The notes under the pieces are model-generated. The model searched no databases. It worked only from the letters and a program-made list of their open reading frames with translations, and was not told the origin of the DNA. Of a DNA stretch of 11,842 nucleotides, positions 7,229 to 11,842 are shown piece by piece; position 1 is the first letter of the stretch, and each line of letters starts with the position of its first letter. The position numbers were made by a program, and so were the translations under genes. Source of the DNA: Candidatus Krumholzibacteriota bacterium. Its GTDB lineage: Bacteria; Krumholzibacteriota; Krumholzibacteriia; LZORAL124-64-63. The stretch spans positions 1-11,842 of the forward strand of contig JBDLKA010000105.1 of assembly GCA_039714075.1 (NCBI GenBank), in the 5' to 3' direction.

Positions 7229-8314
7229 GTGCGACTGATCCGACTGACGGCCGACTACATCGGCGAGATCATCGCCGGAAAGATCGGCACCAACCGTCCC
7301 CAGCTGGAATCCTGCGCCCTGGCCCTGGGGTCCTTCGACGGACTCCATCGCGGGCATCAGGAGCTGATCCACGGGGTCCGGGCCTCCCGCGACCGCCTGG
7401 GCCTGGAGGCGGGTGCCCTGTTCACCTTCATGCAGCATCCCCGCCAACTGCTGGATCCCCGGGCCGAACCCTTTCTTCTGACCACCTGGCGCGCCAAGCT
7501 GGCCCTGCTGCAGGAGCTGGAATGCCAAGTCATCGTGGCCGCCGATTTCTGCCCGGAACTGTCCCGCCTGGGTTATGAGGAATTCGTGGAAAAGTTCCTC
7601 GTCGGCTACCTGGGCATGAAGCATCTGGTGGCGGGTTACGACACCCACCTGGGGTCCGACCGGCGGGGTACGGCCGCCACGCTGGAGGAACTGGGAGCCA
7701 AGCTGGGATACACGGTCGAGGTCATCCCACCGGTCAAGGCCCGGGAGCAGATCATCAGCAGTTCGGCCATCCGCCGGGCCCTGGCCGCCGGGGATCTGTC
7801 GCTGGCCAGTGCCATGCTCGGCCGGCCCTACGCCATCTGGGGCGAGGTGACGCCCGGCGACCGCCGCGGACGGGAAATCGGCTTCCCCACGGCCAACATC
7901 CAGCCCCTGGAAGCCATGAAGCTTCTGCCGGAAACCGGGGTCTACGCCGCCAGGGTCCAGGTGCCGGGTGACGTGGTCGCTCCGGGCACGCCCGGTGTCC
8001 TGGAACGCGTGACCGAATCCCTGCCCGAAGTCGATCTCCAGGGCGACATCCTGAGCGCCGCGCCCAGTGACTGGGCCATTTTCGGCGGGATGCTCAACTT
8101 CGGCCACGTACCCACCTTCCACGGCGAAGGGTTGGTCGCCCCTCGTGTCGAGGCCAACATGTTCGGCTTCGAGGGGGACCTGCGCGGCCGCAATGTGAAG
8201 GTCGAGTGGATCGAAAAGCTTCGTCCGGAACGGAAGTTCGGGGGGGCGGATGAACTGATCGCCCAGTTGAACAAGGACCAGGAACAGGCCCGTCGGGTTC
8301 TGGGCCTGGACTGA
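7229..8314 (+). CDS. ribF: Bifunctional FAD synthetase / riboflavin kinase
   Basis: 'GSFDGLHRGHQ' and 'ISSSAIR' (FMN adenylyltransferase), then 'GDRRGREIGFPTANI', 'GVYA', 'NFGHVPTF', 'VEAN' and 'LRPERKF' (kinase). GTG start with AAGGAGG at 7215-7221; usual position after truB. Confidence 0.96.
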   Translation: MRLIRLTADYIGEIIAGKIGTNRPQLESCALALGSFDGLHRGHQELIHGVRASRDRLGLEAGALFTFMQHPRQLLDPRAEPFLLTTWRAKLALLQELECQVIVAADFCPELSRLGYEEFVEKFLVGYLGMKHLVAGYDTHLGSDRRGTAATLEELGAKLGYTVEVIPPVKAREQIISSSAIRRALAAGDLSLASAMLGRPYAIWGEVTPGDRRGREIGFPTANIQPLEAMKLLPETGVYAARVQVPGDVVAPGTPGVLERVTESLPEVDLQGDILSAAPSDWAIFGGMLNFGHVPTFHGEGLVAPRVEANMFGFEGDLRGRNVKVEWIEKLRPERKFGGADELIAQLNKDQEQARRVLGLD

Positions 8315-8317
8315 CCT

Positions 8318-9283
8318 TCAGCCCGATCGGCGGGCGATCTGCTCGGCGATGGCCTCGTTGATATCGATCGCCACGGCCAGGGCGTCCCGGCCTTCGGCCC
8401 CCGTCACTTCGACGGGATGTTCACCCCTGACGGCCTTGATGAACGACAGCAGTTCCTCGCGCAGGTTGTCCGTCTCACCGTGTTGCATCACTTCAGGCAC
8501 GACCCGGGGTTCGCCCCCGGTGACAGGCACGCTGGTGGCGATGACGTTTTCCCTGGTGGCGCAATCCGCGGACAGATAGGTCCCTTCCTGGAAGATGCGG
8601 ATCTTGCGCATGTCCTTCAGGGAAATCCGGCTGGCCGTCAGGTTCACGGTGCAGCCGCCGGCGAAGGTCAGCCGGGCGTTGGCGATGTCGAGGTTGGGCG
8701 TCAGCACGGGCAGACCCGAGGCGCGGATTTCCTCGAGCGGTGATTTCACCAGCGACAAGACGATGTCGATGTCGTGGATCATCAGGTCCAGAACCACGTC
8801 CACGTCGGTGGCCCTGTTCTTGAATCCGCTCAACCGGTGGGCTTCGATGAACAGGGGGGTGCCGCATCTTTCCCTCAGAACGCGCACAGCGGGATTGAAC
8901 CGTTCGAGATGGCCGGACTGCAGGACGACACCCCGGTCGGCGGCCAGGGCGATCAGTTCGTCGGCCTGGGCCACCGTATTGGTCAGGGGTTTTTCCAGCA
9001 GGGTGTGGATGCCGGCCTCGAGGAGGGGCTTGGCCACCTCGAAATGGTAGGTGTTGGGCACCACCACGCTGGCGGCCTGGATTTCACCGAGCACCTCGCC
9101 CAGGTCGGTACAGGCCCGGCCACCTGATTCGGCGGCGACAGCCTCGGCCCTGGCGCGGTCGACGTCGACCACGGCGACCAGTTCGACGTCGTCCATGGCG
9201 GCGTATTTCTGGGCGTGGAAGCGGCCCAGGTAGCCGGTGCCGATGACGGCGGCCCTGATCTTGTTTTCTTTTGAATTCGGCAT
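8318..9283 (-). CDS. Gfo/Idh/MocA-family NAD(P)-dependent oxidoreductase, resembling UDP-GlcNAc 3-dehydrogenase (GnnA-type)
   Basis: Rossmann motif 'AVIGTGYLGRFHA', 'LEKP', 'GHLERFNPA', 'DVDVVLDLMIHDID', 'DIANARL' and 'NLTASRIS...RKIRIFQ'. The family call is confident; the substrate is inferred. Confidence 0.88.
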   Translation of the reverse strand: MPNSKENKIRAAVIGTGYLGRFHAQKYAAMDDVELVAVVDVDRARAEAVAAESGGRACTDLGEVLGEIQAASVVVPNTYHFEVAKPLLEAGIHTLLEKPLTNTVAQADELIALAADRGVVLQSGHLERFNPAVRVLRERCGTPLFIEAHRLSGFKNRATDVDVVLDLMIHDIDIVLSLVKSPLEEIRASGLPVLTPNLDIANARLTFAGGCTVNLTASRISLKDMRKIRIFQEGTYLSADCATRENVIATSVPVTGGEPRVVPEVMQHGETDNLREELLSFIKAVRGEHPVEVTGAEGRDALAVAIDINEAIAEQIARRSG

Positions 9284-9289
9284 TCCCGA

Positions 9290-9317
9290 ACTTTAACCCA
9301 TGGCCGCAAGCGGGCAA
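9290..9317 (-). promoter_or_regulatory. Putative sigma70-type promoter of the oxidoreductase (likely leaderless transcript)
   Basis: On the - strand: A7 tract (9320-9326), TTGCCC (9317-9312), 16 nt, TAAAGT (9295-9290), 6 nt, ATG (9283). Confidence 0.5.
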
Positions 9318-9349
9318 CATTTTTTTGGGGGATAAGCCCAGGCCGGGGG

Positions 9350-9378
9350 TTGACCGGGCGTAACCTTTGTTGAATAAT
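9350..9378 (+). promoter_or_regulatory. Putative sigma70-type promoter of the polysaccharide export gene
   Basis: TTGACC (9350-9355), a 17-nt spacer, then AATAAT (9373-9378). Both hexamers match consensus 5/6, in an AT-enriched divergent intergenic region. Confidence 0.6.
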
Positions 9379-9459
9379 CCTCCGGTAACCCCAGCCAGAT
9401 ACGATGCACCGAGTCGGGTGAATTCCCCGTGGGTTTTCCGGCCAGAGAGGGCCCCCTTG

Positions 9460-11842
9460 ATGACATTCAACTATAAGTTGCGCAGGGTCTTGACACTTTC
9501 CCTGCCTGCGGTTGCGCTCTTCGTCGTGGGTCTTGTCCTGCTGGCGCCTGTGGTGGTTTCCGCCCAGGGAATCACCCCGGAAATGCTGGAAGAGGCCTCC
9601 CGGCGGACGGGGCTGAGCAAGGAACAGCTGCTGCGCCAATATCAACAGGGGACGGATCAACCCGCCGCTGCCGCGGATACGGCGCAGGCTCCGGTACCCG
9701 GTCGAACCTCCCTCGAAGGAATCGACGACACCGTCCCCTGGCGCGATACCGACGTCCAGGTCACGCTGCCGATGTCCGATGTTGTCGGTTATGAGGAATC
9801 CCCGGGCCTGGTGGAGGAAGACCTGCAGGGGAATGACCCCGACACTTTTTTCGGTTCCGATTTTTTCCGGCTGGATGCCGGTGTTTTTCAACCGCCCTCC
9901 TTCGGCCCGGTGCCCGACGACTACCGCCTGGGCGTGGGGGACGAGGTCATCATCAACGTCTGGGGCGGGGTCGATCTCCAATTGACCCGGGTGGTGGACC
10001 GCGACGGTTCCGTCATCCTGCCCACCGTCGGCAAGATCACGTGTGCCGGACGCACCCTGAAGCAGGTGGACGAGTCCATCCGCAAGCGGCTGGCCACCAC
10101 CCACGCCAGCATCGATGTCGACGGGTACGACGGCGAGGACGACGGGGACACCTTCGTCGAAGTGACCATGGGGCACCTGCGGGCCGTGCGGGTTTTCGTG
10201 ATCGGACGGGCCACGCGGCCGGGCTCCTACGAACTGAGTTCGGCTTCCACGATTTTGACCGCGCTCTATGCCGCCGGCGGTCCCACCGACCAGGGTTCCT
10301 TCCGGGACATCCGGTTGGTGCGCGGCGACAAGACGGTCGCCAACCTCGATCTCTACCGGTACCTGATGGGCGGCGGCCGCGACATGGACGCCCTGCTGCA
10401 AGAAGGCGACACGGTCTTCATCCCCGAACGCGGGACCGGCGTTTCGATCGCCGGCGCGGTGCGGCGCCCCATGCACTACGAGATGAAGGACGGCCAGGGC
10501 CTGGCCGACCTGATCGGATATTCCGGTGGATTCACACCGACGGCGGCACCGGGGATCATTCACATCCGTCGGATTTTGCCCCTGGATCAAAGGCAGCCCG
10601 GTCAGCCCGACCATGTTTTCCTGGACGTGCCCTTCGATGTCACCGCCATGGCCGGCGACGACGGCCGGCCCGTTCCCCTGTTGGACGGGGACCAGATCAG
10701 CGTGGACGGGATCGAGGACCGGCTGGACAACTGGGTCCGCGTTTCCGGGGCGGTAAAAAGGCCCGGCGAGTACGAATTCAAACCCGGGATGACGGCGCTG
10801 GACCTGATCGAAGCCGCCGGCGGCCTGTGGCCCGACGCCCTGACCGAGCGGGCGGTGATCGACCGGACCAGCCCCGAGCGGCAATTGTCGACCGTGGCGG
10901 TGGCCCTGGATGAAATGCTGTCCGGGGCGGTGGCGCCCGTGGATCTGCAGGGACAGGATGTCCTGGAGGTATTCTACCGCTGGGACATTCAGGAACGCCC
11001 CCAGGTAACCATCACCGGCGAGGTGAACGACCCGGTATCCCTGGACTTCCGCGAAGGCATGACGCTGCGCGATCTGGTGCTCAAGGCCGGCGGCCTGCGC
11101 CAGAGCGCCAACCTGCTGGAAGCCGAGGTCTCCCGGTTGAATGTTGAAGCCCTGGAAAACCCGGACACCAGCCTGCGGCCGGACCGGACGGTCGATGCCC
11201 TCAAGGTTTCCCTGGGCAGTGATTTCCTGACCCGCGAAACCGGTTTTGCCCTGCAGCCACATGACCGGGTCGCCATCCGGCGCCTGCCCTGGTGGGAGAT
11301 GCAGCGGACGGTCACCATCCGCGGCGAGGTTTTCTACCCCGGCGTGTTCAGCCTCGAACGAAAAGACGAAACCATCTCTTCGGTGATTTCCCGGGCCGGG
11401 GGCCTGACGCCCGACGCCTACCTGGTCGGGGCGCGCATCATCCGCAGGCAGGATGGCGTGGGGAACATCGCCCTGGACCTGATGGAAGCGCTTTCGAAGC
11501 CCGGGTGCCAGTACGACATCGTTCTGCAGGCCGGTGACCAGATCGTCATTCCCGACCGCATGTACACGGTGAAGGTCATGGGGGAGGTGGGCTTCCCGAC
11601 CAGCCTGGTCCACGAAAAGGGCAAGGACATCAACTGGTATGTGAATCATGCCGGTGGGTATCTCAACAAGTCGGACAAGAAGCGGGCCCGGGTGGTCTGG
11701 CCCAACGGCATGTCCCTGCCGAACAAGGGTGGCAGCGAGGTGGTGGCCGGATCGACGATCATCGTGCCGGTGAAGCCGCCGCCGGAGGGGAAGACTAAGC
11801 TGGAGACGGCACGGGACATCACTGCGATCATAGCCAGTCTGG
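9460..11842 (+). CDS. Polysaccharide export (OPX; KpsD/Wza-related) protein with Poly_export domain and six SLBB-type repeats, >794 aa, 3'-truncated
   Basis: Manual translation gives no stop from ATG 9460 (GAGAGGG upstream) to the window end. It begins with a signal peptide, MTFNYKLRRVLTLSLPAVALFVVGLVLLAPVVVSA|QG, with no lipobox Cys. Poly_export motif: 'PVPDDYRLGVGDEVIINVWG...VDRDGSVILPTVG'. The repeated 'V.G.V..PG.Y...L.D.I..AGG...L..GD.I.IP' units begin at VFVIG, VSIAG, VRVSG, VTITG, VTIRG and VKVMG. The C-terminal helix 'ARDITAIIASL' starts at the window edge. Confidence 0.93.
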   Translation, partial: MTFNYKLRRVLTLSLPAVALFVVGLVLLAPVVVSAQGITPEMLEEASRRTGLSKEQLLRQYQQGTDQPAAAADTAQAPVPGRTSLEGIDDTVPWRDTDVQVTLPMSDVVGYEESPGLVEEDLQGNDPDTFFGSDFFRLDAGVFQPPSFGPVPDDYRLGVGDEVIINVWGGVDLQLTRVVDRDGSVILPTVGKITCAGRTLKQVDESIRKRLATTHASIDVDGYDGEDDGDTFVEVTMGHLRAVRVFVIGRATRPGSYELSSASTILTALYAAGGPTDQGSFRDIRLVRGDKTVANLDLYRYLMGGGRDMDALLQEGDTVFIPERGTGVSIAGAVRRPMHYEMKDGQGLADLIGYSGGFTPTAAPGIIHIRRILPLDQRQPGQPDHVFLDVPFDVTAMAGDDGRPVPLLDGDQISVDGIEDRLDNWVRVSGAVKRPGEYEFKPGMTALDLIEAAGGLWPDALTERAVIDRTSPERQLSTVAVALDEMLSGAVAPVDLQGQDVLEVFYRWDIQERPQVTITGEVNDPVSLDFREGMTLRDLVLKAGGLRQSANLLEAEVSRLNVEALENPDTSLRPDRTVDALKVSLGSDFLTRETGFALQPHDRVAIRRLPWWEMQRTVTIRGEVFYPGVFSLERKDETISSVISRAGGLTPDAYLVGARIIRRQDGVGNIALDLMEALSKPGCQYDIVLQAGDQIVIPDRMYTVKVMGEVGFPTSLVHEKGKDINWYVNHAGGYLNKSDKKRARVVWPNGMSLPNKGGSEVVAGSTIIVPVKPPPEGKTKLETARDITAIIASL

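Noticed and set aside
9379..9459. ops/JUMPStart element in the leader of the polysaccharide gene
   Set aside because: No GGCGGTAG match; TCCGGTAAC is too degenerate to support the call.
9846..9888. Clustered T6/T6/T5 tracts in the OPX gene as phase-variation sites
   Set aside because: Too short, explained by Phe codons, and the frame is intact.
8983..11649. 888-aa minus-strand ORF in the track
   Set aside because: It is the antisense shadow of the real + strand OPX gene (9460 to >11842), which has clear domain motifs.

Overview
High-GC bacterial chromosomal segment. Positions 1-8314 carry the conserved translation/RNA-maturation operon on the + strand: nusA (5'-truncated), an L7Ae/YlxQ-family RNA-binding protein, infB, a single ORF fusing RbfA to a DHH/DHHA1 (NrnA-like) phosphoesterase, truB and ribF. 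A ~185-nt branched inverted-repeat element bounded by GTAG...CTAC (REP/REPIN-like) overlaps the infB stop codon and fills most of the infB-rbfA gap. A convergent Gfo/Idh/MocA oxidoreductase (GnnA-like, - strand) follows ribF. Divergent from it is a large polysaccharide-export protein (Poly_export plus six SLBB-type repeats) that runs off the right end and is missing from the supplied ORF track. The most notable items are the RbfA-nuclease fusion, the T-shaped palindromic element, and apparent insertions in TruB and RibF. All calls come from reading the sequence; no database searches were run.
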